This document shows, piece by piece, positions 8,668-16,323 of a stretch of 64,000 nucleotides of DNA. Below the pieces are notes generated by a model. It was not told the DNA's origin and did no database searches. It saw nothing but the letters and a program-made list of their open reading frames with translations. A program made the translations under genes and the position numbers. The stretch comes from an uncultured Chloroflexia bacterium (GTDB lineage: Bacteria > Chloroflexota > Limnocylindria > QHBO01). The DNA lies in contig CAWAHY010000003.1 in NCBI GenBank assembly GCA_963782015.1, forward strand, positions 72,499 to 136,498, in the 5' to 3' direction. Position 1 is the stretch's first letter. Each line of letters opens with the position of its first letter.

Positions 8668-9805
8668 GCAGATCCGGCTGCTGGTGGTCGAGGATGTGCC
8701 GCAGGTCGCGATGCACATGCGCTCGCTGCTGCAGGCGCAGGCGCAGATCAAGATGCTCGACGTGGTCACGTCGGGCGAGCATGCCCTGGCGGCCGTCAGC
8801 GAGCTGCGCCCCGACGTCCTGATCGTCGACGCGCTCCTGCAGGGCAGGGTGAGCGGCATGCAGGTCGCCGAGCAGGTCCGGCACGGGGAGCCGACCGTGT
8901 CGGTGATCGTGCTGACCGTGCCCCAGAACCCGATCACCGAGGACCCGGCGCGCGGGATCGACGCGATCCTGAAGATGCCCTTCTCCGGCTTCGACCTCAC
9001 CACGCTGGTGCGCAGGGTCCACGATCAGAGCAACGAGGGCGGTGGCCGCAACGCCTCCACCATGATCACCCTCTTCTCCCCGAAGGGCGGGGTCGGTCGC
9101 ACCACGCTGGCGTACAACCTGGCGGTCGCCTTCGGCATCGACCACAAGGTGTGCCTCGTCGACGGTTCCATGCAGTTCAGCGACCTGCGCGGTCTCCTCC
9201 GCGCACCAGCCGCGGCGCCCTCCATCGTCAACCTGCCGACCGACAAGATTCGCGACGCCGACCTGGCCGATGTCCTCTGGAAGGACCCCTCGGGGATCGA
9301 GGTGCTGCTGGCTCCACCGCGCATCGAGATGGCCGAGATGGTGACCGTGCGCGACATCGAGAAGGCGCTCTCGATGATCCGCCAGATCTACGACGTGATC
9401 GTGGTCGACACGCGGGCGGCGCTCTCCGATGACGTGCTCGCCTTCCTCGACGCCTCCGACCTGATCCTCGAGGTGCTCGCCTACGACAGCATGGCGATCC
9501 GCAGCCTGGCGATGGCCGATGAGGCCTTCGCGGCGATCGGCTACCCGGCCTCGAAGCTCGCCACCGTGCTGAACCGATCCGACTCGACCGGCGGCTTCAG
9601 CAAGGCCGATGTCGAGGAGGCGCTCAACCGCCGAATCGACTACGAGATCGTCTCGGACGGGCGCCTCGTGATCGCCGCCAACAACGAGGGCGTCCCGTTC
9701 GTGCTCTCCAGTCCCGAGGCGCCGATCTCGCAGGGGATCCGCCAGATGGCCGCGTCCATCGGCGCGCGCATCCCGTCGCGCTCGCCCGCCGTCGCTCGCC
9801 GCTGA
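8660..9805 (+). CDS. response-regulator receiver domain fused to a CpaE/TadZ-ParA/MinD-like ATPase (paralog 1)
   Basis: 381 aa. TTG start overlapping the upstream stop. REC-like N-terminus (LLVVEDV...DVLIVDALL...ILKMPF), then the deviant Walker A ITLFSPKGGVGRTTLAYNLA and ParA-type blocks (VIVVDT, LNRSD). Confidence 0.8.
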   Translation: MAEQIRLLVVEDVPQVAMHMRSLLQAQAQIKMLDVVTSGEHALAAVSELRPDVLIVDALLQGRVSGMQVAEQVRHGEPTVSVIVLTVPQNPITEDPARGIDAILKMPFSGFDLTTLVRRVHDQSNEGGGRNASTMITLFSPKGGVGRTTLAYNLAVAFGIDHKVCLVDGSMQFSDLRGLLRAPAAAPSIVNLPTDKIRDADLADVLWKDPSGIEVLLAPPRIEMAEMVTVRDIEKALSMIRQIYDVIVVDTRAALSDDVLAFLDASDLILEVLAYDSMAIRSLAMADEAFAAIGYPASKLATVLNRSDSTGGFSKADVEEALNRRIDYEIVSDGRLVIAANNEGVPFVLSSPEAPISQGIRQMAASIGARIPSRSPAVARR

Positions 9806-9813
9806 CCGACGCC

Positions 9814-10638
9814 GTGGGGCTCCACGCCGACCCGCGCCCGATCGGCGTCTTCGACTCCGGCGTCGGCGGCCTCACCGTGCTGGCCGAGCTGCGGCGACGC
9901 CTGCCTGCCGAATCCACCATCTACCTGGGCGACAACGCACGCGCCCCATACGGGCCGCGGCCCGCCGACGAGGTGCGGGCCTTCACCCTCGAATCGGTGG
10001 CGTGGCTGCTCGCCCAGGACGTGAAGCTGCTCGTCCTGGCCTGCAACACCGCCACCGCCCAGGCCCTCCCCCTGGTCCGCGGCGTCTCGAGCGTGCCGGT
10101 GCTGGGCGTGGTACGGCCGGGCGCCGTGGCCGCCGCCGCGTCGACCCGCGCGGGGCACGTCGGCGTGATCGCGACCGCGGGCACGGTCGCCTCGGGGGCC
10201 TATGCCGCCGCCGTGGGCGAGGCCGATCCGAAGCTCACCGTGACCCAGCTCGCCTGCCCGGAGCTGGTGCCGATGGTCGAGGCGGGGCAGCTCTCCGGCC
10301 CGATCGCGGAGGCGGCGGTTCGCGGCTACCTGGGCGAGCTCTTCGCCGCCGATGGCGAGATCGACACGCTCCTCCTCGGCTGTACCCACTACCCGCTCCT
10401 GCGGCCGCTGATCGAGGAGGTGGCCGGGCCGCGAGTCGCCGTCGTCGACTCCGCCTTCACCGCCGCGCTGGCCACAGAGGACCTGCTGGATGCCCTCGGT
10501 GGGCGGACGCCGCTCGCCGGGACGGGCGCGAACCGGATCGTCACGACCGGCGACGTGGCGACCTTCACCGCGGTCGCTGGCACCGTCTTCGGTGCGGCCC
10601 TGCCCTCCGTCGAGCGGGCGGTGGTCGCCGCCGACTAG
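9814..10638 (+). CDS. murI: glutamate racemase
   Basis: 274 aa. VFDSGVGGLTV, LVLACNTATA and LLGCTHYPLL are the two catalytic-Cys motifs of MurI. Confidence 0.93.
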   Translation: MGLHADPRPIGVFDSGVGGLTVLAELRRRLPAESTIYLGDNARAPYGPRPADEVRAFTLESVAWLLAQDVKLLVLACNTATAQALPLVRGVSSVPVLGVVRPGAVAAAASTRAGHVGVIATAGTVASGAYAAAVGEADPKLTVTQLACPELVPMVEAGQLSGPIAEAAVRGYLGELFAADGEIDTLLLGCTHYPLLRPLIEEVAGPRVAVVDSAFTAALATEDLLDALGGRTPLAGTGANRIVTTGDVATFTAVAGTVFGAALPSVERAVVAAD

Positions 10639-10641
10639 ACT
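10636..10641 (+). promoter_or_regulatory. -10-like hexamer TAGACT, 6 nt upstream of ATG 10648 (leaderless pattern)
   Basis: gacTAGACTccgcgcATG. The hexamer overlaps the murI stop codon. No SD lies in the gap. Confidence 0.4.
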
Positions 10642-10647
10642 CCGCGC

Positions 10648-11820
10648 ATGCCACGCAGCGCGAGCCGGCTCGGGATGGGGATCGTCGTGGGAGGGCTGCT
10701 GGCGATGGGCGCCACGGTCGTCCAGCGGGAGCTCATGCGCCACGCCGGAAACCGGCTGATCGACTGGGAAGCGGTGCGCCGCATCGCGCGCCGTCGACTC
10801 GGCGCCGCCGCCGGCGGCCTGACCGCCGCCGATCGCGCCGCGGCCGAGGCCTTCTACCGCGCCGAGCTGCTGCGCATCGAGCCGGTCGTGGCCGAGGCGA
10901 TCGGTGCGGAGCTGCCGCGAGCGCTCGAGACGCCCGCGGTGATCGACCGCCTCGAGTGGATCGACCTCAACCTGGCGACCTTCGAGCAGCTCTTCGAGCG
11001 CGTGGAGCGGATCATGGCCGAGGCGACGACCGGCGCCGACACGCCGGGCCGCGCCGTGGCGCGGATCCTGAATCGGTCGTTCGGCAACCAGCAGCTCGGG
11101 CTGCTGCTGGCGTTCCTGGCCCGCAAGGTGCTCGGGCAGTACGACGTCAGCCTGCTGGCGGCGTCGCCGGGGGTGCGTGGCCGCCTGAACTTCGTGGAGC
11201 CCAACATCACCGCCACGGCGGCCGCCCTGGGCGTTCCGCTGGGCCAGTTCCGCACCTTCATCGCGCTCCACGAGGCGACCCACGCCTTCGAGTTCGAGGC
11301 GTACCCGTGGCTGCGCGACCACTTCGCGGCGTCGGTCGGCGAGGCGATCGAGCTGCTCGCTGCCGACAGCGGCGGGCTCGGGGAGCGGCTGCGCGGCGCG
11401 CTCCGCGGACGCGGGGGCCATTGGCTGGAGCGGATGATGAGCCCGGCGCAGCTCAACTCCTTCCGCCGCACGCAGGCGCTCATGTCGCTGCTGGAGGGCT
11501 ACTCGAACCACGTCATGAACGACGCCGGTGAGCGGCTCCTCCCCGGATTCGCGCGACTCCACGAGCGCTTCGAGCGGCGCAACGAGGCGCGCGGCGCGAT
11601 GGAGCGGGCGATCCTGCGCATCACCGGGCTCGACCTCAAGATGGAGCAGTACGTCGCCGGGGAGCGCTTCGTGGCGGCGATCCTGGCGGCGCGCGATCGG
11701 GCCTTCCTCAACCGGGTCTGGGAGGGCCCTGCCAGCCTGCCGGACCTGGCGGAGATCCGGCACCCGCAGCGCTGGATCGACCGCATCGAGGGCCGCCGGC
11801 CGGAGGGGCGTGTCAGCTGA
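10648..11820 (+). CDS. zinc-dependent metalloprotease, DUF2342-type (HExxH)
   Basis: 390 aa. IALHEATHAFEF carries HExxH. The overall pattern (LIDWEAV..., LNFVEPNI, LLEGYSNHVMN) matches the DUF2342 / 'putative hydrolase' family of high-GC Gram-positives, as recalled. Confidence 0.7.
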   Translation: MPRSASRLGMGIVVGGLLAMGATVVQRELMRHAGNRLIDWEAVRRIARRRLGAAAGGLTAADRAAAEAFYRAELLRIEPVVAEAIGAELPRALETPAVIDRLEWIDLNLATFEQLFERVERIMAEATTGADTPGRAVARILNRSFGNQQLGLLLAFLARKVLGQYDVSLLAASPGVRGRLNFVEPNITATAAALGVPLGQFRTFIALHEATHAFEFEAYPWLRDHFAASVGEAIELLAADSGGLGERLRGALRGRGGHWLERMMSPAQLNSFRRTQALMSLLEGYSNHVMNDAGERLLPGFARLHERFERRNEARGAMERAILRITGLDLKMEQYVAGERFVAAILAARDRAFLNRVWEGPASLPDLAEIRHPQRWIDRIEGRRPEGRVS

Positions 11821-12810
11821 GCGACGAGATCGTCATCCTGGCGACCCCGATCTTCGGCGCCCCGCTCTCCGCCGAGCACGCGGCGCGACTCGAGGCGGTG
11901 CCCGGCGTGCGCGTCGTCCAGATGTCCCGTGAGGGGCTCGTCCACGACGACGCCGAGGCGGCGCTGGCCTCGGCCCGGGTGCTGCTGCGGGGTGGCGTGC
12001 CGGCCTCGGTGCTCGACCACATCGTCGGGCGGGCGCCGAAGCTCGAATGGATCCACTCGTTCTCGGCCGGCGTCGACCGCGTGGCCACCCCCGCCGTCCG
12101 CGAGCGCGGCCTGACCGTCACCAACGCCCGCGGCGTCTTCTCGCGGCCGATCGCCGAGTACGTCGTGATGATGTGCCTCGCCATCGCACGGCGGCTCCCC
12201 CAGCTGCTCGAGCTGGAGCGCGAGCGGACCTGGCAGCCGCTGCGGGGCACGCGAGCTGGGTGGCATGACGATCGGGATCGTCGGCTACGGCAGCATCGGC
12301 TCGGAGATCGCGCGCCTGCTGGCGCCGTTCGAGTCGCACGTGCTGGCGACCCGCCGCCATCCGGAGCGCGGGGCCGGGGACCAGCCCAACGTCGAGCTGC
12401 TCGGCCTCGAACAGCTCGACGAGCTCCTGCGCCGCAGCGACATCGTGGTCGTGGCGGCGCCCCTCACCGACGACACGGCCGGGATGATCGGGGCCGCGCA
12501 GCTCCAGGAGATGCCCGAGCACGCCTGGCTGATCAACATCGCGCGTGGCCGGCTGCTCGACGAGCTGGCGCTGCGCCGCGCCCTCGAGTCGGGGTGGATC
12601 GGCGGCGCGGTGCTCGACGTCTTCAACGAGGAGCCGCTCCCGCCCGACTCGCCGCTCTACGGCACGCCCAACCTGATCATCACGCCGCACACGTCGTGGT
12701 CGAGCGACCGGGTCGTGGATCGCTCCCTTGACCTCTTCCTCGCCAACCTGGGCCGATTCGCCGCGGGGAAGCCGCTCGAGAACGTCGTCGACCTGGAGGC
12801 CGGGTACTAG
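11817..12810 (+). CDS. D-isomer-specific 2-hydroxyacid dehydrogenase, reading frame interrupted once; non-canonical or unclear start
   Basis: The catalytic-domain half lies in the frame of ORF 11898.. (…LEWIHSFSAGVD…VTNARGVFSRPIAEYV…ERTWQPLRG). The NAD-binding half lies in the frame of ORF 12265..12810 (…ELGGMTIGIVGYGSIG…INIARG…DVF..EPLP…TPHTSW). Skipping one G of GGGG 12244-12247 joins them as WQPLRARELGGMTIGIVG. The conserved-looking N-terminus (LSDEIVILATPIFGAPLSAEHAARLEAVPGVRVV) extends upstream of GTG 11898 back to CTG 11817, with no ATG/GTG/TTG in between. Confidence 0.75.
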
Positions 12811-12813
12811 CCG

Positions 12814-13908
12814 GTGCAGGTCACCATCGTCGGGCTGCCGGGGAGCGGCAAGACGACTGTCTTCAATGCGCTGACCGGGGCGCACGCCGATACCGGTGGC
12901 TTCTCCGGCGGCCGGGCCGCGCCGAACGTGGGCGTGGTGAAGGTGCCCGATGAGCGCCTCGACCGCCTCGCCGCCCTGTTCAACCCGCGCAAGACCACGC
13001 CGGCCGACGTGACCTACGTCGACGTCGCGATCCCCGCCGGCGCCGCCCGCGAGGGGACCGTCAACCCGGACCACCTGGCCCTGATCCGCAACGCCGACGC
13101 GCTGCTGCACGTGGCGCGCGCCTTCGAGGGCGGGGGAGGCGATGGCGCGCCGGACCCGTGGCGCGACGTCGAGGAGCTGGACCTGGAGTTCGCCATCGCC
13201 GACCTCACCGTCATCGAGAAGCGCCTGGAGAAGCTGCGCACCTCCGGCCGGCACGGGTCGCCGGCGGAGCGCGAGGAGAACGCCCGGGAGGAGGAGCTGC
13301 TGGCCCGCCTCGAGCCGGAGCTGTCGGCCGGCCACCCGCTGCGGGCCGTCCACCTGGGCGCTGACGATGAGCTGCGGCTGCGCGGGTATCGGTTCCTGAC
13401 CCAGAAGCCGGTGCTGGTGGTGCTGAACATCGACGAGGGACGGCTCGCGGCAGCGGCAGAGCTGGAGGTGGCCGGGCGTGCCCGGTACAGCCTTCCGCAG
13501 AGCGACGTGGCGGCCCTCGGCGGCAAGATCGAGGCCGAGCTCGCGCAGCTCTCCGCCGACGATGCGGCGCTCTTCATGGAGGACCTGGGGATCGCCGAGC
13601 CGAGCCGCGGCCGGGTCATCCGCCTCACCTACGCGCTGCTCGGCCTCTTCTCCTTCTTCACCGCGGGACCCGATGAGTGCCGGGCCTGGACCCTGCGCAC
13701 CGGGGCGAACGCGGTGGATGCCGCGGCGGCCATCCACACCGACCTGGCGCGCGGCTTCATCCGCGCCGAGGTGGTCACCTTCGACGACCTGATGGCCTGC
13801 GGCAGCATGGCCGAGGCGCGCAAGCGCGGGCTGCTGCGCTCCGAGGGCAAGACCTACGCGGTTCGCGACGGCGACGTGATCGAGGTGCTCTTCAACGTCG
13901 CGCGCTGA
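12814..13908 (+). CDS. ychF: redox-regulated ATPase YchF (Obg-family)
   Basis: 364 aa, GTG start. P-loop VGLPGSGKTTVFNALT. C-terminal YchF block RAWTLRTGANAVDAAAAIHTDLARGFIRAEVV...GKTYAVRDGDVIEVLFN. Confidence 0.92.
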   Translation: MQVTIVGLPGSGKTTVFNALTGAHADTGGFSGGRAAPNVGVVKVPDERLDRLAALFNPRKTTPADVTYVDVAIPAGAAREGTVNPDHLALIRNADALLHVARAFEGGGGDGAPDPWRDVEELDLEFAIADLTVIEKRLEKLRTSGRHGSPAEREENAREEELLARLEPELSAGHPLRAVHLGADDELRLRGYRFLTQKPVLVVLNIDEGRLAAAAELEVAGRARYSLPQSDVAALGGKIEAELAQLSADDAALFMEDLGIAEPSRGRVIRLTYALLGLFSFFTAGPDECRAWTLRTGANAVDAAAAIHTDLARGFIRAEVVTFDDLMACGSMAEARKRGLLRSEGKTYAVRDGDVIEVLFNVAR

Positions 13909-13920
13909 GCGCGCCACGGC

Positions 13921-14247
13921 CTAGGAGGAGAGGTCGACCTCGGCGATCAGGCTCCGGAACTCGGTGCTCGTCTCGACCAGGAAGGTGTCGTTCTCCTCGA
14001 GCCCCACCGCCATGCTGGCGGTCAGCTTCTCGTCGCTGGCATAGCTGAAGCCGTGGCGACGCTCGAGCTCCCGCGCGATCGCCTCCACCAGGGTGTCCTC
14101 CTCGAAGGTGTCGACCACCGCGGCGCGCGCAGCGACGACCATGGCCGCGAAGGCCTCCGGGCTGTACTCCGTGTCGCTCACCAGGATGGCGTCAGTCAGC
14201 AGGTCGGTGGCGCCCTCGTGCAGCTCGTAGAAGAAGAGTCGCATCAT
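13921..14247 (-). CDS. small acidic hypothetical protein (108 aa)
   Basis: This is the C-terminal 108 codons of ORF 13921..14823, from the ATG ATG at 14247/14244 (MMRLFFYELHEGATDLL...). Composition looks natural, whereas the upstream part of the ORF is Arg/Ala/Pro junk antisense to the kinase. TATCAT lies 6 nt upstream. Confidence 0.55.
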   Translation of the reverse strand: MMRLFFYELHEGATDLLTDAILVSDTEYSPEAFAAMVVAARAAVVDTFEEDTLVEAIARELERRHGFSYASDEKLTASMAVGLEENDTFLVETSTEFRSLIAEVDLSS

Positions 14248-14253
14248 GGCCCG

Positions 14254-14259
14254 ATGATA
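14254..14259 (-). promoter_or_regulatory. -10-like hexamer TATCAT, 6 nt upstream of ATG 14247 (leaderless pattern); overlaps the start codon of the divergent kinase gene
   Basis: Plus strand 14242-14259 = CATCATggcccgATGATA. The reverse complement of ATGATA is TATCAT. Confidence 0.35.
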
Positions 14260-15097
14260 CCCGTCGGGCCCGATCTGCTGATCGTGGGTGGGCTGGCCAT
14301 CGACCGCCTGGCCGATGGCACCACGCGGGCCGGGGGCACCGTGCTCCACGCCGCACGGGCGGTGACCGCGGCAGGCTGGCGAGTGGCGACCATCACCGCC
14401 GCGGGGCCCGAGCCGGAAGCCACCGCCGCACTGGCCGAGCTCGCTGCGGCTCGGTGCCAGCCGCACCGCGGGCTGGCCGGCCACGATCCGCTTCGCCCTC
14501 CACGACGATGGCCGCGGCCGGCGCCTGGTGCTGGAGGCCGCGGGCGGGGACCTCACCATCGCCCCCGCCGAGGTCGCGGCGATCGCTCCTCGATCCGTGC
14601 TCCTCGGGCCGATCGCGGGTGAGGTCTCGGCTCGAACGGTTCGCGCCTGCGCCACGGTGCCGGTGCGGGTGGCCGCCCTCCAGGGATGGCTGCGCCATCT
14701 CGTGCCCGGCGAAGAAGCCCTGCCGCTGGCCCTCGGCGCGCTCGGAAGCGAGGCCGCCGTCGCCCTCGGCGACCTCGATGCCCTGGTCGCGAGCGACGAG
14801 GACCTGGCAGCGGTCGCGCCCAACCCGCCCGGGCAGCTCGAGGCGCTGCGGGCCTACTTCGGCGCGCGGCTGCTCCTGCTCGTCACGGCCGGCGCCGACG
14901 GCGCCTGGCTCGACGATCCCGCCACGGGCATCCGCCACCTGCCAGCCCCACACCGGGTTCCTGCAACATCGACCGTCGGCGCCGGCGATGCCTTCGCCGG
15001 GCTGCTCGCGATCGGGCTCGGCGCCGGCCTCACTCCCATCGACGCGACCACCGAGGCGATGGACGGCGCCGCCGCATACCTGGCCGCTCGCCGCTAG
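14254..15097 (+). CDS. PfkB-family carbohydrate/nucleoside kinase, reading frame interrupted once
   Basis: The N-terminal part lies in the frame of ATG 14254 (MIPVGPDLLIVGGLAIDRLADGTTRAGGTVLHAARAVTAAGWRVATITAAG...LAELAAA). The remainder lies in the frame of ORF 14528..15097 (…TIRFALHDDGRGRRLVLEAAGG…LLLVTAGADGAWL…VGAGDAFAGLLAIGL). The frames switch by +1 around GGCCGGCC, 14474-14482. Confidence 0.7.
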
Positions 15098-16323
15098 GCG
15101 ATCGCCGCCAGCCCACGGGCGCGTCGACGATCGGCGGCCGCGACCCAGCGTCGGAGTCGGCGCAGCCTGGACTCGACCCGCAGCCGTACGCGGCCGATCG
15201 CCAGCATCCCCCCGCCGCGCCCCAGGGCGAACGCCAGGTCCAGGACGCGAGAGGCGCTGGCTGCCGCCTCCAGCGCCCCGTGGAGGTCGCCGCGATGGCG
15301 CTCGCGGATGCGGGCCACCTCGAGCCAGGCGGCCGCGGCATCGGTCGAGGCCCGTCGCGTGGCGGACGTCCAGAGCGCCTCCGCGCGATCGATCTCGCCG
15401 GCGCTGAGGAGCAGGCGGGTCGCCATGCGGCGCAGGGAGTGCGCCCGGTCCTGGTCGACGCCCGGAGCCATGGCCGCCTCGACCACCTCGAGCGCCTCGT
15501 CGGTGGCGCCGTGGCGCAGCAGCTCGACCGCCATCCCATAGCGGTCCAGGACGGTGGCGGCCCGCCAGCCGCCGGCGCGCAGGTGGACGATCTCCGCCTC
15601 GAGCAGCGCCAGCGAGACGATGTCCTGCAGGTTGTGGTCGAGCACGTCCGCGAGCAGGTCCGGGGACCCGCCGCGCAGGTAGCTGAAGTAGCGCGACGGG
15701 ACCTCGCTGCCCGGGCAGTCGGAGGTGCGCACGACTCCGAGGACGCCGGACTCCACGTCCGCCAGCCGAGCCCCACCGAGGATGCGGCGGTAGAGGCGTC
15801 GGGCGACCGGCAGCAGGTCGTCATGGCGCTCCGGCAGCGCAGCCATCTCGCGGAAGAGGCGGTGCACCGTCAGCCGCGTCGCGAGCAGCGGCAGGTCAAA
15901 GCCGCGGCCGTTGTAGGTGACGACCCGCGGCAGGGCGGCCAGCTCGCCGGCGACGAGCCGCAGCAGGGCCGCCTCGTGCGGGTAGTCGGGCAGGAGCAGC
16001 TGCCGCACGACGAGCTGCTCCCCCTCGACGCGTCCCATCCCCGCCAGGAAGACGACCGTGCCGGCGCCGGTCGAGAGCCCCGTCGTCTCGGTGTCGAAAT
16101 AGCACGCCGCCGGCAGCTCCGCGAGATTGGCGGCGGCGTCCGCGGAAAGCGCGACCCGACGCTCGACCACGACGGCCGCGCCGTCTGGCGCGACCTGCAG
16201 CCTCGCCCCGAACCAGCGGGCCAGCAGCTCGGCGCGGTCGGCGGAGGGCGCCTGCCGGGGGCGAGGCGCGGGACTGCCCTCGCGGACGACCGCCAGCCGC
16301 TCGGCCAGCGAACGCGTCGTCAT
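15094..16323 (-). CDS. mrfB: RNase H-fold 3'-5' exonuclease with C-terminal helical-repeat domain (YprB/MrfB-like)
   Basis: Start at ATG 16323 (MTTRSLAERL...), overlapping the helicase stop in an ATGA (TCAT 16320-16323 on plus). Exonuclease motifs CYFDTETTGLS, TYNGRGFDLPLL, DHNLQDIVSL. Alpha-helical repeat-like tail. Its TAG stop shares the palindrome CTAG (15094-15097) with the stop of the convergent kinase gene. Confidence 0.75.
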   Translation of the reverse strand: MTTRSLAERLAVVREGSPAPRPRQAPSADRAELLARWFGARLQVAPDGAAVVVERRVALSADAAANLAELPAACYFDTETTGLSTGAGTVVFLAGMGRVEGEQLVVRQLLLPDYPHEAALLRLVAGELAALPRVVTYNGRGFDLPLLATRLTVHRLFREMAALPERHDDLLPVARRLYRRILGGARLADVESGVLGVVRTSDCPGSEVPSRYFSYLRGGSPDLLADVLDHNLQDIVSLALLEAEIVHLRAGGWRAATVLDRYGMAVELLRHGATDEALEVVEAAMAPGVDQDRAHSLRRMATRLLLSAGEIDRAEALWTSATRRASTDAAAAWLEVARIRERHRGDLHGALEAAASASRVLDLAFALGRGGGMLAIGRVRLRVESRLRRLRRWVAAADRRRARGLAAIA

